Assembly: GCF_001194135.2 (NCBI RefSeq)
Contig: NC_069003.1
Coordinates: 21,760,493-21,800,435 of the forward strand
Source of the DNA: Octopus bimaculoides
Lineage: Eukaryota
Length of the DNA: 39,943 bases
Reading direction: 5' to 3'
How positions within the stretch are numbered: position 1 is the stretch's first letter; each line of letters opens with the position of its first letter. The notes under the pieces are model-generated. The model did no database searches, was not told the origin of the DNA, and was given only the letters and a program-made list of their open reading frames with translations. The translations under genes were made by a program, and so were the position numbers. Below, in pieces: positions 1 to 11,160 of the stretch.

Positions 1-270
1 ACTGGCTCTTGTGCGGGTGGCACATAAGATGCGCCATTTTGAGCGTGGCCGTTGCCAGTATCGCCTGACTGGCCTTCGTGCGGGTGACACGTAAAAGCAC
101 CTACTACACTCTCTGAGTGGTTGGCGTTAGGAAGGGCATCCAGCTGTAGAAACTCTGCCAAATTTAGATTGGAGCCTGATGTTGCCATCTGGTTTCACCA
201 GTCCTCAGTCAAATCGTCCAACCCATGCTAGCATGGAAAGCGGACGTTAAACGATGATGATGATGATGAT
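1..270 (+). mobile_element. 3' end of RTE-group LINE (family R1) with (GAT)n tail; runs off window start
   Basis: GGTTGGCGTTAGGAAGGGCATCCAGCTGTAGAAAC...CCCATGCTAGCATGGAAAGCGGACGTTAAACGATGATGAT. The same tail follows RTE-like ORF2 remnants at 17053-18185 and 29180-29950. Confidence 0.85.
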
Positions 271-559
271 ATATATATATATATATATATGTATACACAC
301 ACACACATATACATTTATATGCATATGTCACCAGGTATGAACCTTATTGAATACCTCTAGGGTATAAGAACAAGAAAGCATCCTCAAAGCCAGATCTTTT
401 AAGATGACTGCATGAAACTTGGCAAGAAATTCTTCAAAAGAATTTTTGCCATCTGATGAGTGACATGCATAATGGGGCCCTTGCATTGAAAACTACAAAA
501 GTCATAACTACTAGATATTAGATATTTACATTATAATTATTAATAAATAATTTGAATAT

Positions 560-830
560 ATAATTTCAGATTTAAATGAATTTCAATGATTATAAGGACG
601 TCTATTTACTTCTGTCATGTCAGTGTATATGTGTATATATATGTGTATGTATGTATATGTATATATTTATATATACATATGTATACATATATATGTATAT
701 ATATATGTGTATATATGTCTGTACATACATTTATACATACATATATATATATATATATGATTGTATATATGTATTCATGCATATGCACACGCACACACAT
801 GTATGTTTATATCATTGTTTGCTTTGGACC
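560..830. repeat. Degenerate (TA)n/(TG)n/(CA)n microsatellite
   Basis: Direct inspection. Confidence 0.9.
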
Positions 831-1326
831 CATATAAGGTCTGATCAGACATAGTTATGATCAAAGAACATCCAGCCATGACCCACCCATTTATTTCTAT
901 ATCTACCATGAGAAATGCTATTGATTCTGACAGCATTTCAGTAGAAACTATCTAGCCACAAACAAAGACATCAATACATTTTAGATCTCCAATTCTATTG
1001 TTTTCATTTTCTCTATTGTATATATATATAATATACATATATACACATGTGTGTGTAATACATATTTGTTTTATACACACAGACACACATGTATATATAT
1101 ACATATATAATATAGTTAAAAATGTGTTTCTGTAAACATAAAAACATTGAACATTCACTGGATGAAGGACTTACTATTGGTATGGAGTGTGATATCTTTA
1201 ATAATGTTATTGATTGGGACTTTGAAGTTTCCCCAGTCAGCTTACTTCAACCGTTAGAATAAGCTGTCCAGTGGAGTTTCAAATTCACTCACAGTAAAAT
1301 TATTAAATTTGTATTCAGACATACAC

Positions 1327-1730
1327 AGGCGCAAATGTGGCTGTGTCAAAAGAAGTCTGTTTCTCAACCACATGGATCTGGGTTCAGTTTCTATTTGTGA
1401 CACCTTGGGCAAGAGTCTTCTACTATTACCATGGGCCAACTGAAGCCTTGTGAGTGGATTTGGTGGACAGAAACTGAAAGAAGCCCATCATGTGCGTGTG
1501 TGTGTTTGTTTGTGGGTGTGTCTTTGTATCTGTGTTTCTCCCTCACCACCACTTGACAAGTGGTGTTAGTGTGTTTATATCCCTGTAACTTAGCAGTTTG
1601 GCAAAATAGCTCAATGAAATAAGTACCAGGCTTAAGAAAGAAAAGCACTGTGGTCGTTTCATTCAGCTAAAATTCCTGAAGGTGGTGCCCCAGCATGGCC
1701 ACAGTCTAATGGCTAAAACAAGTAAAAGAT
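1327..1730 (+). mobile_element. tRNA-derived SINE (family M: head, internal microsatellite, tail)
   Basis: Degenerate A/B boxes, CCTTGGGCAAG core and GAAACTGAAAGAAGCCC before the (TG)n; tail CCAGCATGGCCACAGTC..AAACAAGTAAAAG. About 10 whole or partial copies in the window. Confidence 0.8.
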
Positions 1731-1792
1731 AACTGATAAAAGATACATACATAATGTATATGTACATATCTATCTAACTATCTGTTTGTCTA

Positions 1793-1794
<2 letters not shown>

Positions 1795-1871
<77 letters not shown>

Positions 1872-2106
1872 NNNNNNNNNNNNNNNNNNNNNNNNNNNNN
1901 NNNNNNNNNNNNNNNNNNNNNNNNNNNNNNNNNNNNNNNNNNNNNNNNNNNNNNNNNNNNNNNNNNNNNNNNNNNNNNNNNNNNNNNNNNNNNNNNNNNN
2001 NNNNNNNNNNNNNNNNNNNNNNNNNNNNNNNNNNNNNNNNNNNNNNNNNNNNNNNNNNNNNNNNNNNNNNNNNNNNNNNNNNNNNNNNNNNNNNNNNNNN
2101 NNNNNN

Positions 2107-2176
<70 letters not shown>
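1795..2176. repeat. (CT)n(AT)n and (AG)n microsatellites flanking assembly gap 1872-2106
   Basis: Direct inspection. Confidence 0.95.
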
Positions 2177-2177
<1 letters not shown>

Positions 2178-2789
2178 AATACATGCTTACAGACATACAT
2201 CACCATCATCATTTAACATCATCAACTTGTGTGCTCAATTCTGTTTATATACTTTGAGCCACTTCTAATTCATATCTGAATATTTTCCATGGCATGAAAC
2301 ATTGGGATATGCCAGCAGATGGTTTTCAAACCATTTAGCATATACAGCCATAGTCAGTGCAATAGATTGCAGCAGGCCTTGTTTGGTACATAGCATTGAA
2401 AGGTCACAACAATGACAAAATATCAATATCTCTCATTCCAAAAAATGTGAGTTTTCTTACCTACCTATCACTTACTTTTGGATGTTTTAATACCAGGTGC
2501 ACTAAGAATATATTCTCTTACACCTAAAATTATGCAGCTGAACCACAAACTAACAACACACACACCTTATGTATGTGTTTATATATATATATATTTCATA
2601 GCTTCTTAAATATTAGTTTTGTATTAGGGTGTGTTTTGCCACAGGTAGATGGGTCTTCTATTGCCCCTCGTATCACCAGTCAATATAGTTCTTTGTCATC
2701 TCATCTGTGAGGTGTAACATCATCAGGTGTCAACCTTTACCACTTTGTCCCAAGTCCTCCGTGGTCTCCCTCTTCAACAGGTGGAACAA

Positions 2790-3180
2790 AAGAGAATGAA
2801 AGAAATGAGGTGGAAAAGAAAGAAAGAGATAACGAAAGAATGGATGGATGGATGAATGAATGAATGAAGGAAAGAAGGAAAGAAGAAAGAAGGGAAAAAG
2901 AAAGAACAAAAGAAAAAAGAAAAAGAAAGAAGAAAAAGAAAGGAAGAAGAAAGGAAGAAAGAAAGAAAGAAAGAAAGAAAAGAAGCAATAACAAATATAT
3001 AACAACGCTAGTAAGAGAGAGAGACAGAGAGAATGAATGAATGAGTGAATGAATGAGTGAATGAATGAAAGATCGACAGACAGAAATACAACACAGACAG
3101 ACAGAAATACAACACAGACAGACAGAAAAATCGAGAATGAAAGCTCATTGACTGACAGACAGACAGAAGAGAAATGTGTA
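2790..3180. repeat. Purine-rich compound low-complexity tract (GAAA/GGAT/GAAT/GACA)n
   Basis: Direct inspection; includes a 22-nt unit GACAGACAGAAATACAACACA(G) twice. Confidence 0.9.
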
Positions 3181-3565
3181 ATGGAAAAATTTGAGAAACA
3201 TGTAATGGAAAAAGTTGAATGAAGAGCAAGAATTTCTTCAGCTCTGTTGAACTATTCCAAAGGAAATTAACTGTCTTGTTAGGATATTCCAAGAATAACT
3301 ATCTTCACCAGACCATTTCTACAACTGAGAACATTCACAGCAGCAACAAGAACAACAACGATGAAATGCTTGGCTGAAAGTGTTAAGGTTAGTAAACTCT
3401 GGCTGAGTGGTAAAGACGTTCACATTACAATCACAGGATTCTGAGTTCAATCCCACCATTTGGCCTTTTAGACAAGTGTTAGACAACAGCCTCACTCTGA
3501 GCAATGAGGGAAAATAAGTGGTAAGTGGAAACTGTATGGAAGCCTCTTACACATACACATATATG

Positions 3566-3946
3566 TTGCTGGCATTCCGTCACTTACGACGTCGAGGGTT
3601 CCAGTTGATCCGATCAACGGAACAGCCTGCTCGTGAAATTAACGTGCAAGTGGCTGAGCACTCCACAGACACGTGTACCCTTAACGTAGTTCTCAGGGAT
3701 ATTCAGTGTGACACAGTGTGACAAGGCTGACCCTTTGAATTACAGGCACAACAGAAACAGGAAGAAAGAGTGAGAGAAAGTTGTGGTGAAAGAGTACAGC
3801 AGGGTTCGCCATGATCCCCTGCTGGAGCCTCGTGGAGCTTTAGGTGTTTTTGATCAATAAACACTCACAACACCCGGTCTGGGAATCAAAACCGCGATCC
3901 TATGACTGCGAGTCCGCTGTCCTAACCAATGGGCCATTGCACCTCC
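3566..3946 (-). mobile_element. tRNA-derived SINE with tail domain B
   Basis: The minus strand starts GGAGGTGCAATGGCCCATTGGTTAGG (A box)...GGTTTTGATTCCC (B box). The 3' domain is shared with 37851-38171 and, degenerately, 22870-22990. Confidence 0.85.
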
Positions 3947-4490
3947 ACACACACATATATATAGCAGGGGCATAGCCAGGTTCTAAAGTTAGAGGGAGTA
4001 AGCACATAATAAAAAGGACACAGTGACACATCCCAAACAATTTTTAACTCATTGGTTATACGTTTATAAAAGGAGCCAATCTTGAAAAACGTGCTTTGTT
4101 TTGTCAGCCGCTGTTATTGTCTCTGTTGTTAATCTATGTTGTTTATCAATGCTCTATTTACTGCATCCTAAAATTCCCTGTCAAGTAGTTACAGTGTGTC
4201 AAATTTATACTGATTGATAGGCTCAGAAGGAAGCGCAACGTAAGTTGAGTTCGTCACTGGAGACTATTCCTCATGAAGTCATGATTGGTTAGACTTTGTG
4301 GATCATGTGGTAATATTCTAGCAAATCACAACCTGTTTCTAAAGAAGAGCGTTGCTCAAAACATTAAACCATCTTTCTTTCCTTCCCTGAGAGTCTGCTA
4401 ATACTTTACATGTACCATGTCCTTATGTTCTTGTTTCTTTGTTTTTGTTGTTCTTCGTTTATTTTGGATTTACTATATATATATATATAT

Positions 4491-5297
4491 NNNNNNNNNN
4501 NNNNNNNNNNNNNNNNNNNNNNNNNNNNNNNNNNNNNNNNNNNNNNNNNNNNNNNNNNNNNNNNNNNNNNNNNNNNNNNNNNNNNNNNNNNNNNNNNNNN
4601 NNNNNNNNNNNNNNNNNNNNNNNNNNNNNNNNNNNNNNNNNNNNNNNNNNNNNNNNNNNNNNNNNNNNNNNNNNNNNNNNNNNNNNNNNNNNNNNNNNNN
4701 NNNNNNNNNNNNNNNNNNNNNNNNNNNNNNNNNNNNNNNNNNNNNNNNNNNNNNNNNNNNNNNNNNNNNNNNNNNNNNNNNNNNNNNNNNNNNNNNNNNN
4801 NNNNNNNNNNNNNNNNNNNNNNNNNNNNNNNNNNNNNNNNNNNNNNNNNNNNNNNNNNNNNNNNNNNNNNNNNNNNNNNNNNNNNNNNNNNNNNNNNNNN
4901 NNNNNNNNNNNNNNNNNNNNNNNNNNNNNNNNNNNNNNNNNNNNNNNNNNNNNNNNNNNNNNNNNNNNNNNNNNNNNNNNNNNNNNNNNNNNNNNNNNNN
5001 NNNNNNNNNNNNNNNNNNNNNNNNNNNNNNNNNNNNNNNNNNNNNNNNNNNNNNNNNNNNNNNNNNNNNNNNNNNNNNNNNNNNNNNNNNNNNNNNNNNN
5101 NNNNNNNNNNNNNNNNNNNNNNNNNNNNNNNNNNNNNNNNNNNNNNNNNNNNNNNNNNNNNNNNNNNNNNNNNNNNNNNNNNNNNNNNNNNNNNNNNNNN
5201 NNNNNNNNNNNNNNNNNNNNNNNNNNNNNNNNNNNNNNNNNNNNNNNNNNNNNNNNNNNNNNNNNNNNNNNNNNNNNNNNNNNNNNNNNNNNNNNNN
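4491..5297. other. Assembly gap (807 N) flanked by (TA)n; other gaps at 1872-2106, 9315-9512, 11506-12016, 13111-13566, 25549-25558, 38962-39061
   Basis: N runs. Confidence 1.
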
Positions 5298-5485
5298 TGT
5301 ATATACATGTATACATATGTATATGTATATTTATATATGTGTATATATACATATATATATCTTTATACACACACACACACACACACACATATACATGCGT
5401 TTTTTATGTGAGCGAGTTTGATTCTATATGACTTTGACAATGCTTAAGTAGTAGATATTTGTAGATATTAATAATGATGATTGTA

Positions 5486-5486
<1 letters not shown>

Positions 5487-5533
<47 letters not shown>
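5487..5533. repeat. (TG)n microsatellite
   Basis: Direct inspection. Confidence 0.95.
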
Positions 5534-5536
<3 letters not shown>

Positions 5537-5760
5537 GAAAATAAACAACAAAATCAAGCTAAATATACACCAATCCTAGCACCATAAACTATTGCCAATC
5601 CCTCCCCTAAAACTACTTTTCAAGTGTTGTTATAGTTTATACAACTCAAATTTATATTTTTTTAAATATTAAATATATATATTTACAAAACAAAACACAT
5701 AAAGTGATAAAATGTCTCTAGTATAATAAAACCTCTTGAAGTAAGATATACAATTATTGT

Positions 5761-5987
5761 TGGCAGAATTGTTAGCACATCAGGCAGAATGCTCAGTGGC
5801 ATTTTGTCTGTCTATGTTTTGAGTTCAAATTCAGCTGAGGTCAGCTTTGCCCTTCATTTTATCTAGGTCAATAAAATAAACACCAGTTGAACACTGGGGC
5901 TGATGTAATTGACCAGTCCCCTCTCCCAAAGTTTCAGGCCTTGTCCCAAAATTTGAAATCATCACCATTATTATTATTATTATTATT
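5761..5987 (+). mobile_element. SINE family A (head GAGCTGGCAGAA..GTTAGC) with (ATT)n tail
   Basis: GAGTTCAAATTC B-box-like motif and GAGGTCAGCTTTGCC body; homologous to 13984-14200, 14931-15146, 15184-15350, 25094-25303 and 25871-26086. Confidence 0.8.
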
Positions 5988-6530
5988 GAGTGAGAGAGCA
6001 GTGCATGCCATCAAAGTGACACTGGGGTAAAATATACAAAGCCCATTATGCCCATCATAACTACCCGTCTGATAAGGGTACACCAGGCACATGCATCATA
6101 ATCATATGTGCTCGACATGGTGATCTCATATCAAGATAAACAGCGCATGACATTGCAGGTGAAGGCCTAGTTAGAATTTTCTTCGGGTCGAGTAGCCCAT
6201 CCCACTTAAAGGGTCCCTGTATAAGGGTTGTTTAAGGATGATGAATGGAATACCCATGTTTCCAGTGATGAATTATTCAAACCTCCAAAGAATTCCTCTC
6301 AACACATGGCTATAATGCTCCCCCACTACTTCTGCTCATGATCAGAGATGCACATATTGTCATCCACTAAGAGGCATGTTCAACTGGTTATGGTCAAACA
6401 ACTGACAAGCAAATCTGTGGTACTGTAGTCCATCTTTTATACCAAGACAAAACAATGTACATGATAACACTTCCAATCAGTTAAGATGAGAAGCCATGGG
6501 AGCCACTGACTGGTACTACATCAGGGTATT
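5988..6530 (-). repeat. Unclassified ~540-bp interspersed repeat (second, partial copy at 14583-14874); strand inferred
   Basis: 6215-6530 aligns by eye with 14583-14874. Both copies share the same terminus (GTACT(A/G)CATCAGGG(T/C)ATT) and abut (ATT)n. Confidence 0.75.
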
Positions 6531-6790
6531 GGTGTCATCAGACATTGGACCGATGGACCAGTTAAAGTGCTTGGGATCTGGTTTGGTCCTGACCTCCAGG
6601 TTGATAAAAACTGGCATGAGGTGGTGAACGAGCTGAAAGAAAGCTGTCCCTGAAAGGTTGGGCAGAAGTGGGAAAATGCTTACATTGCCTCTGTTATCAT
6701 TTATCGCTTGACTATCGTGCCTTGTCACAGTTACTGCTTGACCAGGTTGGATCATCTCTTATTTAAATTCTTGTGGAAGGAATGCATTCC
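6531..6790 (+). pseudogene. L1/Tx1-like LINE ORF2 fragment (post-RT region), frameshifted
   Basis: Translates as HWTDGPVKVLGIWFGPDLQVDKNW...RKLSLKGWAEV..YIASVIIYRLTIVPC..LDHLLFKFLWK, resembling the Tx1/L1 'LGIWFG...LSLxGR...FLW' region. Confidence 0.65.
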
Positions 6791-7396
6791 ATTATCATTA
6801 TTATTATTATCATCATCGTTTTCATCATTATTATTATTGATGATGATGCTCCAGCATGCTTTTAGGGATTACCATGAAGGTGTAAAATTCCAATTTCCTA
6901 TAGGAGGTTTATTAAATATAAAAGTGCAAAGTTTCAGATCAAAGAAAAAGACCAACAAAGAGATTTTATGTGATTTTCTGTTTGCTAATGATTGTGCTTT
7001 GATTTTTCATAATTTAAGGGAATTCAGGGGACAGTTGACAGGTTTTCTGTGGCAGCTCAGGCATTTAGGCTGACTATTAGCATTAAGAAGACTGAAATTC
7101 TCTTGAAACTAAGGGCAGGACATACTCAAGAATCAAATGCGATGATTGACAACAAAGCCACTCAAATGGGTCAAGTCATTTAAATATCTTGCAAGTACAG
7201 TGGAATTTAAGAGTATTCTTGACGACGAAATTAATTTTGGAATATCGAAGACTACAAGTACTTTTGGAAAACTTTCTCATCATTTGTAGGATTTGCACAG
7301 TGTCAGTTTGAAAATTATTAGGTTGTTCAAAAAAGAATAGCTGATTTTAAAAATAAGTTTATATTCTTAAAAAACTGAACTTATACAAAGATGTAA

Positions 7397-8675
7397 TTAT
7401 TCAAAATATGATCTCTGAACAGCTATGCATCTCTCCCATCGATGAACAAAGTTATTTATGCCTCTTTTGATAAAAATCCAAAAGTTTTGATGCCAAGAAA
7501 TCCTTGAATTCAGTTTCGACCTTGGTTTTGGAGCAGCAGGTTTTTTGCCTTGAAAAAGTGGTAGTCAGTGGGTGAAAGATCAGGAGAATATGGAAGATGT
7601 AGTAAAGTCTCATATTCCAAGTCTGTGATCTTCTGCAGTGTCATTCTGGAAACATGAACATGTATTTCTTCCAGTTGCTTACAGTAAACTTCCTAAACAT
7701 CCGGTGTAATGCTCTGATTAGGTTCTAGAAAGCTGTAATGGACAACACCAATATCAGACCACCAGACAGTCACCATAATCTTCTGCTGATGCAACTTTGG
7801 TTTCGGGAAATGTTTGAGTACTTCATCATGATGAAGCCATTGATCCGAACACTTACAACTATCATAAAGGACTCCCTTTTCTTCACAAGACACTATTCAG
7901 TCAAGAAATGGGTTGTTAAAGTTTCACAAAGAGAGCATCGAACACACTTCAAAATGCTGAAGTCTTTGATTTTCATTAAAGTTATGTGAAGGCACATGGC
8001 TCAATGCTTAGAGCGTCGAGCTTACGATCGTGAGGTTGTGAGTTCGAATCCCGGACTGGGCTGCGTGTTGTGTTCTTGAGCAAGACACTTTATTTCACGT
8101 TGCTCCAGTTCACTCAGCTGTAGAAATGAGTTGCAACGTCACAGGTGCCAAGTTGCATCAGTCTTTGCCTTTCACTTGGATAACATCGGTGGTGTGTAGA
8201 GGGGAGGCTGGTATGCATGAGCGACTGCTGGTCTTCCATAAACAACCTTGCCCAGATTTGTGCTTGGGAGGGTAATTTTCTAGGTGCAATCCCATGGTCA
8301 GTCATGACCGAAGGGGGTCTCATATGTGAGACCCATTTATCAAGTTTTTCACTTTGCTTATTTTCTTCAGGTGATCTGATACTGTTGAAACACTGACACC
8401 AAGCATATGAGACATTTCTCTGACCCTGTTGTGGGTTTTGTTTGACTATTGTTTTCAAATGCTGATCATCAAGGGTAGATGGACATCCTCTACCTTCTTG
8501 ATCTTCAAGGCTCTCATCTCCACTATGGAATCTCTCAACCCACTGTTATACTATCTGATCACTAGTGGACCCTTCACCCCATGCTTTGTTGATATTAGTA
8601 ACTGTCTGAAAAGCATTATGTCCAAGTTTGAATTCCTATAAAAAAAAGAGGTAAATGCATTTCTTCTTTTTTCAT
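7397..8675 (-). pseudogene. Mariner transposase pseudogene split by a SINE
   Basis: EFKLGHNA..., KLDKWVSH (WVPH motif), VSCEEKGVLYD, KIMVTVWW, PYSPDLSPTDYHFF; stops and frameshifts; the DNARPH region appears deleted. Confidence 0.9.
7990..8322 (+). mobile_element. tRNA-derived SINE with CORE-like domain, 7-bp TSD
   Basis: TGGCTCAATGCTTAG A box, GAGTTCGAATCCC B box, GTTCTTGAGCAAGACACTT core; TSD TATGTGA at 7983-7989 and 8323-8329. Confidence 0.9.
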
Positions 8676-9512
8676 GTTTGAAATTAAAGATTTCTACACT
8701 TCAAAATTATATTCTGAGAGAAATCAATGGAAATTTATTAAAGAGTTCACATCAATTATTAATCATGTAAAATTTCTCTAAAACGCTACAAAAATAACAT
8801 TTTAAATCGAATTTGAAAAACTGTTTTCAGAAAATTGGACAGTATTTTCTGAACAACCTAATAAAATAAGCTTTATACAAATCTTGTATTTTGAGCATAC
8901 TCTTGTACAGAGCAGAAGTATGGATTTCCTACTACAGACATATAAAGAAACTTGAAACCTTTCACATATGATATGTGCAACATAAAATGGCATGATAAGC
9001 TATCAAATGTCATTTCACATTAGAAAAATGTGATATCTCCGGTATCCAAAGCATGCTGATGAGAATTCAGAGCAGATGGGCAGGATATTGTTCAAACACA
9101 AGGCGAGTACGTTTCAAAAGTTCTTTTGTATGGACAACAAGTAAAGGGATTCCACAGTAAAAGAAGACCCATTCTTAGATATAAGGATTAGTTGAAACAG
9201 TCACTACAACCCCCAACAGTTTAATTTAACATCTTGAGAAGGTTATTGCTTGGGGTCGATCTGCATGGCGTAAAATGTGTCATGGTGCATCAAAACAATT
9301 TAAGATGAAGAAACNNNNNNNNNNNNNNNNNNNNNNNNNNNNNNNNNNNNNNNNNNNNNNNNNNNNNNNNNNNNNNNNNNNNNNNNNNNNNNNNNNNNNN
9401 NNNNNNNNNNNNNNNNNNNNNNNNNNNNNNNNNNNNNNNNNNNNNNNNNNNNNNNNNNNNNNNNNNNNNNNNNNNNNNNNNNNNNNNNNNNNNNNNNNNN
9501 NNNNNNNNNNNN

Positions 9513-9740
9513 ATCCCTTCTTTTCTTAATCCTAACTATCCCCCTCACCCAAAATTTCAGGCTTTATCCCTATAATAGAAATCCCCCTATTGGGAGTTTT
9601 ATTTGTTATATCTTTCTCTGTTTTTCCTCTGTTTACACGAACGTTTTCTTCTTTTCGGACAAAACCTTTTGTAACCTTCGTCCTGTCTTTGTCCTTACAT
9701 GTTTTTAATTTATATTAGCCCTTGTGGCCAATAAAACCAG
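9513..9740 (+). repeat. Probable LINE 3' UTR ending CCCTTGTGGCCAATAAA
   Basis: Pyrimidine-rich UTR-like tract; the terminal ~50 nt resemble the tail of the SINE at 25094-25150 (minus). Confidence 0.4.
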
Positions 9741-9744
9741 AATT

Positions 9745-9748
9745 AATA

Positions 9749-9781
<33 letters not shown>

Positions 9782-10739
9782 GTTGTTGTTGTTGTTTTAC
9801 TTCTCAGACCACTCGCTCTTGTTTGCTCTGGTTGATTCAGTGAGGGCAGACTACAACCTATTCTCAGATGTCTCACAGTGTCTCTTTCTGCACATTATAA
9901 GCTTTGATACTTGGATGTTAATTATCATGGAAGACATTCAACATCCAAGTACCAATCTCAAAATACTAGCTGTCCCCCAGCAGAGCCATTTTTGGGGCTT
10001 GCTCTGCTTTCATATCTATTCCAATTTCTCTGACATATTTCTTGAGTGCCCCTGCAACTGCCAAGATGACAGACACTCTCTTCATAGCCCACATTTTTGT
10101 GATTTCATCTTTTAGTAGTCTGTACTTTCTCCATCTTTTCTAGTTCTTTGTAACTTATGTGTGCATCCCCAGATATTGCAATATCTATAATCTTGGCTTA
10201 CTTTTTTCCTCTATCTACTATAACAATGTCTGGTTTTCGAGCATCAATTAGGGAGTCACACTGGATTGTAAAACTCCACAGTATCTTATATTCATTGTTC
10301 TCAGTGACTCCTTCTGGTTCATGTTCGTACTATTTCCGTGCTCTGTTCAGGCTGTACTTTTCATATAGCCTTCAATGGACAAACTTAATCACATTATTGT
10401 ACCTCCTTTTGTAGTGCCTTTGGACCAGCTTGCTACATTCACTCACAATATGTAAGATTGTTTTGTTTTTGCTGCCACACATCCTACAAAGGGGTGATTC
10501 GCTGCTCTTATCTATTTGGAACTTGGTGTAATTAGTTCTCAGAGCTTATCCCAGGGCACTGCATATCAATGACTCAGTGCATCCTTTCAGATCACTTTTT
10601 CTTAGCCATCTCCAAGTGTTAATCTTGTCTTTTCCTTCGATTTCCCTGAGGTATTGCTCTTGCAATGATTTCATTTTCTAGTTGTTTATTCTTCTTTCTT
10701 CATCTTGTTTCTTAAATGTTTGTGAGTGTATAACATTTT
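9745..10739 (-). mobile_element. R4/Dong-like (RLE) non-LTR retrotransposon, 5'-truncated, (AAT)n tail
   Basis: The minus strand gives WRWLRKSDLKGCTESLICSA..SPLCRMCGSKNKTILHIVSEC (CCHC knuckle)..KILWSFTIQCDSLIDARKPDIVIVD..KIIDIAISGD..KELEK (PD-D/ExK endonuclease)..ALLGTASILR, with several stops. Confidence 0.9.
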
Positions 10740-11041
10740 TACTCCTGGGATGATTACAATGCAGTCCATAGTATCCATGGGCATTGGGTTGGTCACCTTC
10801 ATGGACTCATTTCTTCAGGTAATATCACATCAATGGATGTACAACAGAGGGATATTTATCCTTTTTACCAGTATGAAGGTTAAGTGACATAACTCACTTA
10901 AACTTCATACTGGTAAAAAGGGATAAATATCCCTCTGTTGTAGATCCATTAATGTGATATCGCCTGAAGAAATGAGTCCATGAAGATGATCAACTCAATG
11001 CACATGACACTACAGACTGCATTGTAATCATCCCAGGAGTA
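10740..11041. mobile_element. Fold-back MITE-like palindrome (148-bp arms, 6-nt loop), TA at both ends
   Basis: TACTCCTGGGATGATTACAATGCAGTC...GACTGCATTGTAATCATCCCAGGAGTA; arms 10740-10887 and 10894-11041. Confidence 0.85.
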
Positions 11042-11121
11042 TGAACTGTGATCTTAAAAAACATGTGATTTGTGGAAACATGCGTAGCGATGCATTAAAT
11101 GTTTACAAATTCCATCCAAGG

Positions 11122-11160
<39 letters not shown>

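Larger units (their letters stand above)
7318..8861 (-). mobile_element. Mariner transposon 1 (TIR TTAGGTTGTTCA, TA TSD), internally deleted and decayed
   Basis: TA at 7316-7317 and 8862-8863; TIRs TTAGGTTGTTCA(A/G)AAAA at both ends. Confidence 0.9.
6840..9314 (+). mobile_element. RTE/BovB-like LINE (family R2) 3' half of ORF2, decayed, interrupted by a mariner at 7318-8861
   Basis: ILCDFLFANDCALI (RT YADD-equivalent), ISIKKTEIL, FKYLAS; after the mariner ALYKSCILSILLYRAEVW..HIKKLETFH, KVLLYGQ..RPILRYKD, GRSAWRK. Confidence 0.85.

Noticed and set aside
453-520. CTGATGA hammerhead core (also at 27722-27728 and near 2720 on the minus strand)
   Set aside because: There is no stem II closing directly onto GAAA and no stem I complement; these are chance 7-mers.
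576-1158. YI/CV/HT-rich ORFs here and at 21.3-22.8, 26.4-27.2, 30.1-30.5, 32-33.7 and 39.3-39.5 kb
   Set aside because: These are translations of dinucleotide microsatellites.
1122-1261. Short plus-strand ORF MCFCKHKNIEHSLDEG...
   Set aside because: It has no convincing splice sites or recognisable motif and is within chance expectation.
3964-3985. CAGGGGCATAGCCAGG as a DNA-transposon terminus
   Set aside because: No matching opposite end is visible (it could lie in gap 4491-5297); there is not enough evidence to call an element.
4406-5431. Long ORFs (300+ aa) in the ORF track, also at 1786-2268, 11364-12219 and 13054-13722
   Set aside because: They consist almost entirely of N-gap translation.
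5988-6530. HDV-like ribozyme in the 540-bp repeat
   Set aside because: Manual attempts to assign P1/P2/P3/P1.1 and the catalytic C failed; left as a computational test.
7990-8060. Functional tRNA genes at SINE heads (also at 3880-3946)
   Set aside because: A and B boxes are present but there is no acceptor stem, and they continue into SINE bodies with TSDs.
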